A DNA stretch of 64,000 nt, taken from the NCBI GenBank assembly GCA_964016885.1, contig OZ024745.1:48360001-48424000 (forward strand), read 5' to 3'. A program made the translations under genes and the position numbers. Of the stretch, positions 50,401 to 61,699 are shown piece by piece. Origin of the DNA: Eledone cirrhosa (lineage: Eukaryota). The notes below the pieces were generated by a model that saw nothing but the letters and a program-made list of their open reading frames with translations, was not told the DNA's origin and ran no database searches. Position 1 is the stretch's first letter. Each line of letters opens with the position of its first letter.

Positions 50401-50857
50401 AGAATTTGCTAGTGTTTTTATAAGCTGGTTATTACAAATGCATTTTTAGTTTCCAAGTTCTGTTGTTTAATGGCTGGTAACTAATCATTGTTAGTGCTCT
50501 CACTGGCTAAACTTTTGTTTTCACTACTAGAATTAAGGACATCCTTGCTTTTAATTCAACTATGAGCCAGCCAAACAGTCAGAAATATTTGTAGGGCTGG
50601 CTCTGTGAACCTTAAGTTGTGGATTCATTTGTATCACAAATGTCCAGGAACTTTGTCTTCTCTTCCTTATTTAGACATAATCTTCGCACCAATAATTGGG
50701 TTTTTGACCTGGTTTCTGTTTAGAGCTTTGTCTAACTGGTCTTTTTTTTATTGTGCCAAAGGTGTTCCTGTGTACCCCCACCCTGCCATTCTGTGTTCAT
50801 TCACAAAATTTGTCTAGTTCTGTACTCATCAAGCATCTGCAATAGAAGTTAGACCAT

Positions 50858-50899
50858 TCTTTACTGAGGAGGACTAATAAGACTGAAACATGCCCAAAG
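50858..50899 (+). ncRNA. Degenerate minimal hammerhead-like motif
   Basis: cttta-CTGAGGA-ggactaataagact-GAAA-catg-cc-caaag; the U16.1 position is C. Confidence 0.4.
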
Positions 50900-51569
50900 T
50901 TGTCACTGTATTGTCAAAAATCAGACACTGCATTCTATTTATTTAAAGTTCTTGCAGTTGTCTTCCCTATCTTGATTAAAGTTTGTTATTAAGATAATGA
51001 TTTGTTCTTTTCAATATGAATGTAATTTTAATTAGAACTGGCTCATTATATTGTATATAGTAGTGTCTATTTTGCACCTTTATATCTATTAAATATCTGA
51101 GGAGGAACATATGTAAAGGTGGAAGTAGTTTTCTTGGTGTCTGACAAATGCTTATAATTTATTTAATCTAAGTATGTAACTATGTCAGTCATTATTAGAG
51201 TTATTGCTTATCTAAAGGAAATAATTGTTATCTTCCTGTAATTGATCTGGCTCTGTACACAACATATCAGCTCACTTACATACTAACAGCTCTATTTCTA
51301 TTAGTATCTCTATCAAAAGTAGTTATTCTGAGATTAAATTGAAATGCTGATTAAATGTGTGTGTGTGTGTGTGTGCGTGCGTGTGTGTGTGTGTGTGTGT
51401 TTGGATATATAAAAGTGGGTGTATGTATGAATGTACATAATGTGATGGCTCATATACTATGCATCTACATATACACCAATACACATACATATATACAGAT
51501 TGATGTAGATTATATTATGAAAATCTCTCTTAACATAGAGTACACAGCTTGTATTGTTTTTTGTTTCAG

Positions 51570-51701
51570 AAATCAGATCGTGTGCAGGTGATAATGCTCA
51601 TTTGAAGACACAAATAGATTCTTTTATCCAAAATCATGTTGCTGAAATGATAAATAGCAACAAGCTGTCTTCTTTACCTCGCATCCTTATAGAGATAGTG
51701 G
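51570..51701 (+). CDS. IVNS1ABP: Coding exon 3, BACK domain
   Basis: tttcag|aa; EIRSCAGDNAHLKTQIDSFIQNHVAEMINSNKLSSLPRILIEIV; g|gtaagt. Confidence 0.9.
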
Positions 51702-52187
51702 GTAAGTTGCTTTTGAAGTTTTAAAAAACCCCAACTAAATTTAACATATTTTTATCATTGACTTCCTTGTCAGCAATGAATACTTGTCATATTCTATTCT
51801 GTAGTATGATAGAAATAATTTATTCCTATCAGTCTAGAAAGATAAGATATATATGTTAGTATAGTAACAGTGCAGTTATTGTATCATGTTGAAATGAAAG
51901 TGAAATTTGGTAAATGTAAATTCTGAAGCTGATATAAACATATGTAAAATGTTTAGTACTGACTGAGTTATCTCCCTTCAATGGAACTTTCATTTCAATC
52001 TATTAGTAAATTATTTGTTGTAAACACTGACATCAAACAGTCAAATACTTGTCTGAAAAGGCATGGACATTTCATAATTGCTGAAATTCATTTAAAAGAA
52101 ATGATTTAATTTTTTTTTTTAAATGTTTAACTCGTGTAAAAGATTTAAAAAAATACATGTATATATTTTTTTTTTATTCCAAATTAG

Positions 52188-52306
52188 GTGCTGATGACAC
52201 TGCTCTTGGTAACAAAATTGATGCTCATATATTTCATCTAGTATTCAACTGGGCTAAAAATATGCTTGTCCAAGCTAGGGGCTGTTTCAATTATCTCACT
52301 GAACAG
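52188..52306 (+). CDS. IVNS1ABP: Coding exon 4, BACK domain
   Basis: attag|gt; GADDTALGNKIDAHIFHLVFNWAKNMLVQARGCFNYLTEQ; cag|gtttgt. Confidence 0.88.
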
Positions 52307-52740
52307 GTTTGTAGACATGCATTTCTCAGATATTTTTGTTAACATTCATTTCATAGTTAAAAGGAAAGTACTTATTACCTCTTAGCATCCTGCACTGATT
52401 TATTAGAAAATGTCTAAAAAGCAGATTTGTTCATTCAAATGTTTATAGTATCTGTAATATGAAGAAAAAATTACATTTTTAATGTAATGCGGTTTCATGT
52501 GGTACTGGAGGTTGTTAACCCTTTTGTTATCATATTTTTAATTAAATACACAGTCTAAAATATCCAATTTATTTTGAAAAAAAAATCATGAGTAAGGGTT
52601 CTTGTATAAACGTTTTATTCAACCATAAAACCAGGGCAATTCCTTGCAGTTAACGAAAGGGTTGAAGTGAGACATTTTATTTGTAAATTAATTCTTTCTT
52701 TTTTTTTTTAAATTGGTAATTGTATTTCTTTAAACTCTAG

Positions 52741-52863
52741 ACACACATGCTTTATTTAAACAACAACAACCAAACATTACAAGACTGTGGATATTTGGAG
52801 GACTCTAGTTTAGATGAAGATGATATGATAAAAGACTACAAAATGTTGTCGAAAAAGAAGCAG
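52741..52863 (+). CDS. IVNS1ABP: Coding exon 5
   Basis: ctctag|; THMLYLNNNNQTLQDCGYLEDSSLDEDDMIKDYKMLSKKKQ; cag|gtaaat; phase 0/0. Confidence 0.85.
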
Positions 52864-53213
52864 GTAAATCAAAGATTTTAAATATATATATTTACCTTTG
52901 TTCTTCTCATTTGCTATGAATAATTCAGAAACTTTGCACTTACTCAAATAATTCGATTGCTAGGTGCATTTGTAATTGGTTACACCAAACATTTAAAACT
53001 AAAATATGTTAGCCTCACTTCTGTTTGAAATAGTAGCTAAATCCTCCTCAAATCACACCTATCTTTAAAAAGGAAGGACACATTAAAAAATATTGTTTCT
53101 TCTATATACAAAGCACATGATGGTAAATCTGCCTGATTAATGTTGATATTGGATTAAACAACAGCTATAAAATTGTACTGCTAGTTTTCTGCTTTGTATA
53201 GTAATTTTTTTTT

Positions 53214-53354
53214 TAACTAGAAAAACTTAAAATTTTCAATGAAAATATAGAAAAATAATTCACCTGCTTTGGCCATTCAAATTTTAAGCATGGCCAAAGC
53301 AGGTGAATTGTTTTTCTCTATTTTCATTGAAAATCTAAGTATTTTTTCTAGTTA
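53214..53354. repeat. Intronic inverted repeat (~63-bp arms, 13-nt loop)
   Basis: ...ttttcaatgaaaatatagaaaaataattcacctgctttggccat / atggccaaagcaggtgaattgtttttctctattttcattgaaaa... Confidence 0.9.
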
Positions 53355-53589
53355 ATTTTATATTTACCTCTTTTGCCTTCATCTATTTTTCTTCATCTTC
53401 TTGAGGTCATTAAAAAAGTTCTGAAGTAGATATATAATTGTTTATACCCCAAAAGCAGTGCTCCAGCATAATTACTGACACTAGTGAAACAATTTTTATG
53501 TTTAAACTGTAGAGTTGTGTAGTTGTCAACAATTTGATTTTAATTTGAAGCAATCATTTTTATTGATTTCCATTTTGTTTGTTTTCCAG

Positions 53590-53722
53590 CTGGCTCATTC
53601 AAAAAATAAAATTGATACAAGTAATTTTTCTCCAAATCAATTGAAAAAACTTGCTTCTGGAGATTGTGAATGGATTCAGAATGAACATGAGTGGTCTTTA
53701 CTAGCATCATACCAATCAGCAG
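53590..53722 (+). CDS. IVNS1ABP: Coding exon 6, linker
   Basis: ttttccag|; LAHSKNKIDTSNFSPNQLKKLASGDCEWIQNEHEWSLLASYQSA; g|gtttgt. Confidence 0.85.
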
Positions 53723-53895
53723 GTTTGTTTCTTCATATATTTGATACAACAAATGTTGATTCTGTTTTATTGATAGATAAATCAAGAGTAATATCCCTGG
53801 AACTAAAATGGTTACTGTTAGGAAGGGTACCCAACTGAAAAACACTGCATTAAAAAATCCTGTTCCACTTATGCCAGTATGGGATTGAGTGGGCA

Positions 53896-54967
53896 TACAA
53901 GTGTCAGCTGAAAAGTTCATAGGCTGGCTAAGATTCTCATGGAATATAACCAACTGTGGTTTGTTTTTCAACATAGTCCCCCTTGTGGTCCACACACTCT
54001 TTCCATTGGTGTTGCACTGCTTTAATCTCATTGGTGAAAAAACTTTCATCTTGTTGGTAAAAAAAAGTCATCAATAGCAGATATGATGTCATCATCACTG
54101 TGATACTGGTTCCCAGCCAGCTAAGAGTTTTTGTCATGTTGGGTAAGTGTGATCGACCAGTTCAGTCATGCACAGCTGTCATTGAAACCAAGTTCTGTGC
54201 TGAAGTATTGTCCTAATGAAATAAGGCTCCTTTCATCAGTTTTCTTGGTTGTTTGGTCTTGATAGCCTTTCATAACAACCTCAGCAAGTTTGCATAGTAC
54301 TCTCCATTGATGGTGTGACTCTTTTGAAGATAGTCAATAAACATAATGCCTTTTGCATCCCAAAAAGCTGAGATCACCTTCCCTGCAAATGAAACTACCT
54401 TGTCCTTTGGAGCAGGTGCGGAGTGGTGTTTCCACTACATGGATTGTCTCTTTGTCTCTACCTCAAAGTGATGAACCTAACACTTATCCTGGGTTAGGTA
54501 ACGTTCAAGGAAACCAGCTGTATCTGCCTCAAATAATGTCACATTTTCCTGTGATGTAATCAGTGTGCTTTTGATCAGGTCTCAGAAGACGTGGCACCCA
54601 CCGAGCAGAAACCTTCACCATGCTCAGCTCATTGTACAGAATATTCTCAACTCTCTCACAGGATATGTTATTAGCATTGGCTTTTTGATTTATAGTCAAT
54701 CGCCTATCATCCATCACCATGTGGAGAACAGGGTCAATGTTTTCCTCGTCCCTAATGTAGCAACCATATCAGCATGGTTGATAACACCATAGTACCAAAT
54801 TCTGTCCATTTTTAAGAGAAGTCACCACTAGTTACTTTGGAAGACTTCTTTAAACAGATGTCGTGCTGTTATTAATAAGAAGAGTTGAAATTAATACATC
54901 CAAGATTTCATAGCTCTAGCATCACTCCTTCATAGCCAGCCTATGAATATTTCAGCACACCTTCGCA
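53896..54967 (-). mobile_element. Degenerate mariner transposon in intron 6
   Basis: DDRRLT...KVSARWVPRLL (WVPHEL-type motif), C-terminal QWKECVDHKGDYVEK; TIRs gctgaaaagttcataggctggcta / tagccagcctatgaatatttcagc. Confidence 0.88.
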
Positions 54968-55082
54968 AATATAATGACATGAAGTTCCTTGTGATATAGA
55001 TTAGAGAGAGAAAGAAAAACAAAGGACTGATCTAGCATGAATCAGTTTCACCAACCATGTCTGAGTGCTTATATATATATAT

Positions 55083-55443
55083 ATACGATATTAACAAATG
55101 GAAACTATATTTATAAAACCATATTTATTTCATTATACATATTTCAAGGACACCGAGTTAAATTATGGTGTGCTTTCATCAGATAAAATATAATATAGAG
55201 CAGTTTTATAAATAAATATTGACATACCCTTAAAGAATGCAACCATTACTGTTGGAAGCTCCCGGATAGTCTATCCGAGAGCTTCCAACAGTAATAGTTG
55301 CATTCTTTAAGGGTATGTCAATATTTATTTATAAAACTGCTCTATATTATATTTTATCTGATGAAAGCACACCATAATTTAACTCGGTGTCCTTGAAATA
55401 TGTATAATGAAATAAATATAGTTTCCATTTGTTAATATCGTAT
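55083..55443. repeat. Near-perfect ~360-bp palindrome; each arm carries a hammerhead-like motif
   Basis: Centre ggatag-t-ctatcc at 55270; 173-bp right arm differs from the left by 2 substitutions and a 14-nt indel; CTGATGA at 55358-55364, GAAA at 55395-55398. Confidence 0.95.
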
Positions 55444-55648
55444 TTTTACTCCAATTATTTGTTGAGTGCTTTATATCAGTTCTAAAAATATTTGCTTGTT
55501 GCATCCCAACAATTTAAATAGAACTTTAACATATATATATATATATATATATGTTAAGTATTTCCGAAGAAAAAGCAAAGAAAAAAAAAGTGATCTATGT
55601 ATAATACAGAGCTATTTAATTAGGAAGTAAACAACCCACTATAACTAC

Positions 55649-55714
55649 TTCATTACCAAAGGTTTTGGGACACTAGACAATATTAACATACGTCTGGTTC
55701 GCTCATCAGATGAA
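55649..55714 (-). ncRNA. Type I hammerhead ribozyme relic (G12 changed to A)
   Basis: Minus strand: ttcat-CTGATGA-gcgaaccagac..gtctagtgtccc-aAAA-cc-ttt-gg-TA-atgaa; stems I, II and III can all form. Confidence 0.7.
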
Positions 55715-56151
55715 TTATTTAACTATATACACATATATATAACCTTTTGTTGATTTACACTACTTCATTGAGAAAATATTGATTTATAATACTAAGTTGG
55801 TTTCTGTCTGTACCGGGAAAGGTCAACTGTCCAGTTAGCCTGAATTATGTGTGACATAGTTGACAAACAGTTATAAGTACAATAGCTGGTGCTGTGTAGA
55901 TATTTACCCTGTTATCTCATTGCAATAACAGTCTTATCTCCCTTTGTTACACTTAAAGCTAGCTGTACATTACCATTGCTTGAACACATTTGCGACGTAT
56001 CTTGAATTATTAGAAAAATATTGTTCATTCAGATATTTATTTAATTTGGTAAACTGTCAAGTTATTTTATTAATTCTCATTGCATTTCTGTTGTAATATC
56101 TCCATTGCCTCTGGTAATGTTTTTTGTTTATTTTTAACTCTGTATTTGCAG

Positions 56152-56403
56152 ATCGTACATCGGTTGGAATAACTCTAATGAATGATAAACTATCCATTGT
56201 CACCTTCCATTTAAGACCCTGCCCACCTCATAGCCCAAGTAGTACAATATCTGATCCAGAGTCGCCTACCAATGTTCCCTCCACCGATGTTAGTAGAACT
56301 GGGTCTATTGAACGAAATGTTTCTCTCACGTTGCTCTCACAAATGAATACAGCTCGATGTAGTTTTGGGCTTGCAATACTCAATTCAAATCTGGTTGCTG
56401 TTG
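56152..56403 (+). CDS. IVNS1ABP: Coding exon 7, S/P-rich linker and start of Kelch 1
   Basis: ttgcag|at; DRTSVGITLMNDKLSIVTFHLRP...MNTARCSFGLAILNSNLVAV; g|gtaagt. Confidence 0.92.
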
Positions 56404-57123
56404 GTAAGTACCATTCTTCCAGCTATTTAATTTTTTAAATACATTAGCAAACTTTTTAATTTTTTTTTGTCATCGTTGTGGTCATGAATTGTTTCATAGG
56501 AGATAACTTGGGCTCACACATTAATGAACTATTTTGGAATATATTTTTTTTTATATAGTTATATAAAAAATAAAAATATAAAAAAATTTTTTTTTTTTTT
56601 TCTGGGAACTCTAATTTAGAGACCAAGGGATGGATTGGTATTTAGAAATTGATTTTTAGAAACTGTATTCAAGTGTCCAGGTGCTTCATTTATACAAGAA
56701 TATAGAAATTCAGTAAAGCTTTACAGTGAAAACACTTTTGAGGATGATTAATGCTGAATATGGTCAAAGCAGCTGTAGTGATTACTTGCTTTGACATTAC
56801 TTTGAAATTTTCACATTGTTCAGTCTTTGTTCATTCAACTTCATACTATTTCCAACCAAAAATGGTAGGTTTTAGATAAATATAACCACATCAAAATGAA
56901 TATGTTTGTATTGTAGAACCAGGGGTAGTTACAGGCAGGTTGTTATCAAAAGGGTTAAAATGATTTTATATTTCTGTTATATATATATATATATTACATG
57001 ACAAAATACATAATTTTTAGAAAAGCAAAAATGGTAAAATTCTAACTTATATCATTAAATTCTTTGTTGTACAATAACATCTGATGTGGCTTTATGGTAA
57101 CATTTTCATTTTATTTTTTCTAG

Positions 57124-57369
57124 GTGGTTATGATAGAGGTGAATGTTTGAGAAGTGCTGAGATGTTTAATGTACAGGAAAATGTATGGACAAGTTTGCCA
57201 CCAATGAATGTTGCTCGTGGACGTGTTGCAGTGGCTGTTCTTAACAACAAGCTATATGCATGTGGTGGCTCTGATGGTCACCATGAACTGCGTTCTGTGG
57301 AATGCTACGATCCAGAAACCAACAAATGGACTTTTGTTGCTGATATGAAGACAGAACGTTCATGTCCTG
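57124..57369 (+). CDS. IVNS1ABP: Coding exon 8, Kelch repeats
   Basis: GGYDRGECLRSAEMFN...LYACGGSDG...ECYDPETNKW; g|gtaatt. Confidence 0.95.
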
Positions 57370-57459
57370 GTAATTAAATTCTTATATTGATAACATTAAT
57401 TTAATATTTTGGTTATGTGTTTAACATTTTTAATGATAAATATATTTTTATTTCCTTAG

Positions 57460-57585
57460 GTGTTGTTGCATTAAATAACAATATCTATTGCATTGGTGGC
57501 TGCACTGGTCAACGCTGTATTGCAAACTGTGAAGCTTATGACCCAGTTACTAACAAATGGCACAGCATTGCTTCACTTAATGAAG
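57460..57585 (+). CDS. IVNS1ABP: Coding exon 9, Kelch repeat
   Basis: ccttag|g; GVVALNNNIYCIGGCTGQRCIANCEAYDPVTNKWHSIASLNE; g|gtttgt. Confidence 0.95.
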
Positions 57586-58724
57586 GTTTGTATTAATTTT
57601 AAATGATTTTCTGATATTATTATATAACATTTGATAATGTTATATCTAATCTAGCAGCATTGTCTTGGGTTCACTTAGTTATCTATTTACTTTATGTTAG
57701 TCTCTTGTTTGGCTATCAACCCTTTCAAGCCTGCAAAATGATGTTGACTACTTGTTAGCTATATGTAAATTGTAATGTTTTGTCAATGTAGATAGACTTC
57801 ATTAAAGTAATAAATAGCACCAACAGTTGATGTTACAAAGATATGGATTTTATTTATATTATTATTCTAGAAAGGAAGGACAATGACTGACCCTTTTTAG
57901 ACCTGTCAAAATTGGAGCAAGAGAAGAACATATACTTAAACCAGAAGCCTTATCTGAATGCTTGCAAAAGATTTGACTCTGCTAAAAGCACTCAAGGGTT
58001 AGGTGGTGGTGTTAAGCTGAGTGACAGATAAATCTACCATGAATGCAGAGAGCCAGAACCATCCTGACCAATGCTTTTACAATTCTATAACTCCACCATT
58101 CTTGGATTAATATTTTGTTTTATCAAACTCAGAAAGTATGAAAGCTAAGTTGACTTGGGCAGGACTTAGTGTAGAAAGTTGTCAAATATGACAAGATATT
58201 TTGTCAAGATCAAAATTTGAATAATTACAGAGGAATAGCTCAGAATTTTGTTTGTTATAAAAAGTGATGCTAATAGGTTAAATGCTGTATGGAATATGGC
58301 AATGTTGTAGAAGTTACAGATGCTATTTTAAAATATGCTGAAAGGTGAAGGCATGGCTGTTTAAGAAAGAAGTTTATTTCACAAAGTGTTGGTCAATTCG
58401 AGGCTATACAGTAAATGCTTTATGTGAAATCAGTTCTAGAATTGCATGGTTACAAAACATGTACTAGCAATATACTGAAATCAAACCAGTCAATCCTAAC
58501 TCTGAATATTAATGTTCAATCTCTGAAAAAAATAATTTACAAGCAGGAATAACAAATTTGAAAGAAATGTATCAATTGGTTATGTTTGTATTTCTTTGTT
58601 AGCTTTAATATTGCTATAATTGTTTTATTGGTGAAGAATAATCTTTCTTCTCTTGTTGTTTACATTATTGCATGTTTGTAAGGAGAGAAAAACAAAACAA
58701 AACACATTCCTTTTTAATTACTAG

Positions 58725-58898
58725 GTCATTTTCAAGCTGCTCTCTGCGCTTATGATGGTAAAATCTTTGCTATTGGTGGTAGCAGCAGTTGGAATTGCTT
58801 GAACTCTGTCAATGTATATGATCCTCACACTGACACTTGGCAAATGTATAGCTGTGTAAATACTCCTCGCAGAGGTGCTGGTGCAGACATTATTGATG
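58725..58898 (+). CDS. IVNS1ABP: Coding exon 10, Kelch repeats
   Basis: actag|gt; GHFQAALCAYDGKIFAIGGSSSWNCLNSVNVYDPHTDTWQMYSCVNTPRRGAGADIID; g|gtaatt. Confidence 0.95.
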
Positions 58899-60172
58899 GT
58901 AATTATTAAGCTTATGTTATTTTTTTCTTCACTAAAATCTATTCAATAACATTGAATAAATTTTCTGTGTTGACTGTGATCTCTGCTAACATTACCTATT
59001 TTTGTATCTCTTGTATTAACTTTCTTTTTCATATCTAGCATGGTTAATCTAGTTGTTTTTCATCAGCTTGATATAAATACTTGAGAATTAAATAAGAATT
59101 GACTTTCACTGAGCTAATAAAACCTTGAGAAAACATTGAATGTATAACCTGAATCTAAAAAGTCTAAAGTCTGTCTCAAGCTCTAAGGCATATCAGGCCA
59201 GTGTTTCTCGGTTTTCATAGTGTAAAGCAACTGAGAGTTCAAGACACCCTCCTGAGCAGGATGCCAATCTGTTACAGGGTTAAACCCCCAGCTATTGCTT
59301 GTACTCATTTTCAGCTGTATATACTGGACCAATGTGAAATAAAGTGTTTTGCTCAAGAACACAACACAACCCAGTCCACGAATCGAACCCACAACATTAT
59401 GATCATAAGATCAACTAGGCCAACGCTCCTCCAGTTTAAGCCCGCCCACCTCCCCTCACTTTCAGGGGTTCTGGAAAGAGTAATGAGCACCGCCTTCCTT
59501 TATCTTGATTAAACAGTTTTTCTTTCCACCGGTAAGACTAGATAAAAATGAGTTATTTCCCTTGGCAATGATATTATTTTGCTTTGAGGCTGAAGATTTA
59601 TTTTCATGGCAGCTCCTGGGTAATGAATGTTGCATCAGTCTCGCTTTGAGGCCAGGCCATCTGATTGAAAGCTATAGTTATTTAGGAATTTCGCATTACT
59701 CCAGTTCACTCACAACTGAAATTAATTCTAAGATGGACTAACATCCTGACCAAAACTTGCTTTAGTCCAATGAAACAAAACCACCCATTTTAAAAGGTTT
59801 CTATTTAAATTGAAATTGAAATTTTTCAACATAATTTTATATAAGAATTATGTTAAGTTACTCTCTTAGAAATGAAATAAAAAAAATAATAAAGATTCTT
59901 TACTTAAAATAGTGTAATTCACAAAATGAGCTTCTAGTCTTGGAGCTGGCTTTTTAGCAGAGTTCCCTCTGTTGCATGCATTTGGGCCAGGTCTCTGATT
60001 TGAAAATAAATTCCTTCTTTTCTCTCACCAGTCTCAGGTGCCCTGAATAACTGGAGGAAAATATGCAGTTTTTTCAGTTTTAGTTCCATTGAAGATAAAT
60101 AATTCCAATATTCTTGTTGAATTGATTTCATGTACTTCTAAGCCCTGTTTTAATGTATTGTTTCTGTTTTAG

Positions 60173-60564
60173 GCAAACTTATGGTTGTCGGAGGCAGTGA
60201 TGGTACACGTTCTCTACGCTCTACAGAAGTTTATGATAAAGAAAATGATTGTTGGAGTCTTGGCCCTCAGCTTGGTATAGACAGAGCCAATGTTAGTGTT
60301 GTTACACTTGGAAATAAACTATTTGCTGTTGGTGGTTTTAGTGGAAAGAGATTTCTAGATTCTATTGAATATTTCAATCCTTCTACTGAAGAATGGTGCT
60401 GTTATTCTCCAATTGACAATATCTTTCAACTAACTTCTAATTCTGAAGACGAAAGTGAACATCGCACTGAAGTTATAGACTTAAGTAAAAAAGCTCGCAA
60501 GAGTCATACAAAACCACAGCAGGAGAACTTACAGTTAAATAGTTGTACTAATGGCAATGTTTAG
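60173..60564 (+). CDS. IVNS1ABP: Coding exon 11, last Kelch repeats and C-terminal tail
   Basis: ttttag|gc; GKLMVVGGSDG...KLFAVGGFSGKRFLDSIEYFNPSTEEW...; stop TAG at 60562-60564. Confidence 0.95.
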
Positions 60565-60834
60565 ATGTATTTTTGAAATGAAAATCATCAATTTAAAAAT
60601 ACTTTCATTGCACACTTCATCTTCATTTTATGACAATACTGTTTGGAATTGTTCTCAAAACACATTCACTAAAAAACAAAAAACAAATAGTCAAGAATTA
60701 ATATTTGTAAGTAAAATTACATTACATTATTAAAATAACTTAAAAAAAAAAACAAATTACATATTTTTTACATATTTTTTTCTTTTATCTCATTTAAAAT
60801 AATTCCAAATTGCTATTGTCTTCAAAAAAATATC

Positions 60835-60840
60835 AATAAA
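60835..60840 (+). terminator. Candidate polyadenylation signal AATAAA
   Basis: AATAAA ~270 nt after the stop, followed by a GT/T-rich stretch (gtttttgttgt). Confidence 0.35.
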
Positions 60841-60889
60841 AGATTATACTATTCCCTGCAGTTTTTGTTGTATTTATTTAAGGGGTATT

Positions 60890-61670
60890 GGTTGTAACAT
60901 GTGGGGGTGGGGGGCTGACGGTATGGACATGTGAGGTGTATGAAGGATAACAGCTGCATAAAGCAATGCAGAGTGCTCAAAGTCAAAGCAACCCTTGGAA
61001 GGATAAAGCCTACAGAAACGTGGGATGGTGTGGTGAAGGCTGAACTCGTGCAGCTGAATCTCACAAAAGAGATGACCCAGGATCGTGAAAACTGGTGATA
61101 TTTCATAATACAGAGAACTCTCCTTTCCATGTAAGACAAAGAGGATGGCAAATGACCTATTTTCCTCCACTCTAAATCCTCCAAAACAGGTGATACAACA
61201 TTCAGGTCTCACCTGCTAATATACTCATGAATTCCCTAATCCCCTTCATCCTAAAACCGAAGAAGCAGAGAGATGGGACAACTCTTCAATACATGCTAGC
61301 CTGGAAAGCTAGGATCAACCTTGAGTGATTTGCCACCTCTGCTAACCCTTGCACCACCAACACTTTCCCATCCTTGGGAAGCTTGGCATGCTCCAAAGTG
61401 ACAATCATCACCCACTTCCTCCAATCAAGAGTAACTAGGTACACTCCCACAATATGTCAGACACTATCCACTTCAAGGCTATCACCATGACCCATTTGTC
61501 TCCAGCAATGTCTTTACCTCAGCCCCAATGCTTCTTGAGATAGTGCTGGTGCCATGACAAAAGCCTCCAGTCCATTCTGTAAAAGTGGTTGTGCCAGCAT
61601 CATGATGAAATGAACCTAGTATACACTGTAAATTGGTTGGTGTTAGGAAGGGCATCCAGCCATATAGAAC
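60890..61670 (+). mobile_element. Old truncated RTE LINE just downstream of the gene
   Basis: YGHVRCMKDNSCIKQCRVLKV...TWDGVVKAEL-like remnant and RTE 3' UTR ending ttaggaagggcatccagcc. Confidence 0.8.
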
Positions 61671-61699
61671 ATGCTCCTAGTACATGCCATATCAGCAAT

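Larger units (their letters stand above)
42699..60564 (+). other. IVNS1ABP: Gene span: BTB-BACK-Kelch protein, influenza virus NS1A-binding protein homolog (11 coding exons, 702 aa)
   Basis: Exon lengths sum to 2109 nt with consistent phases. Motifs GQFCDV.L, GGYDRGECLR, PPMNVARGR, GG..SWNCLN, RRGAG, AVGGFSG..FL recall vertebrate NS1-BP, including the EW.L.AS linker region. Confidence 0.85.

Noticed and set aside
53540-54049. 169-aa minus-strand ORF
   Set aside because: Runs across a mariner end, intron and the antisense of exon 6; no coherent domain.
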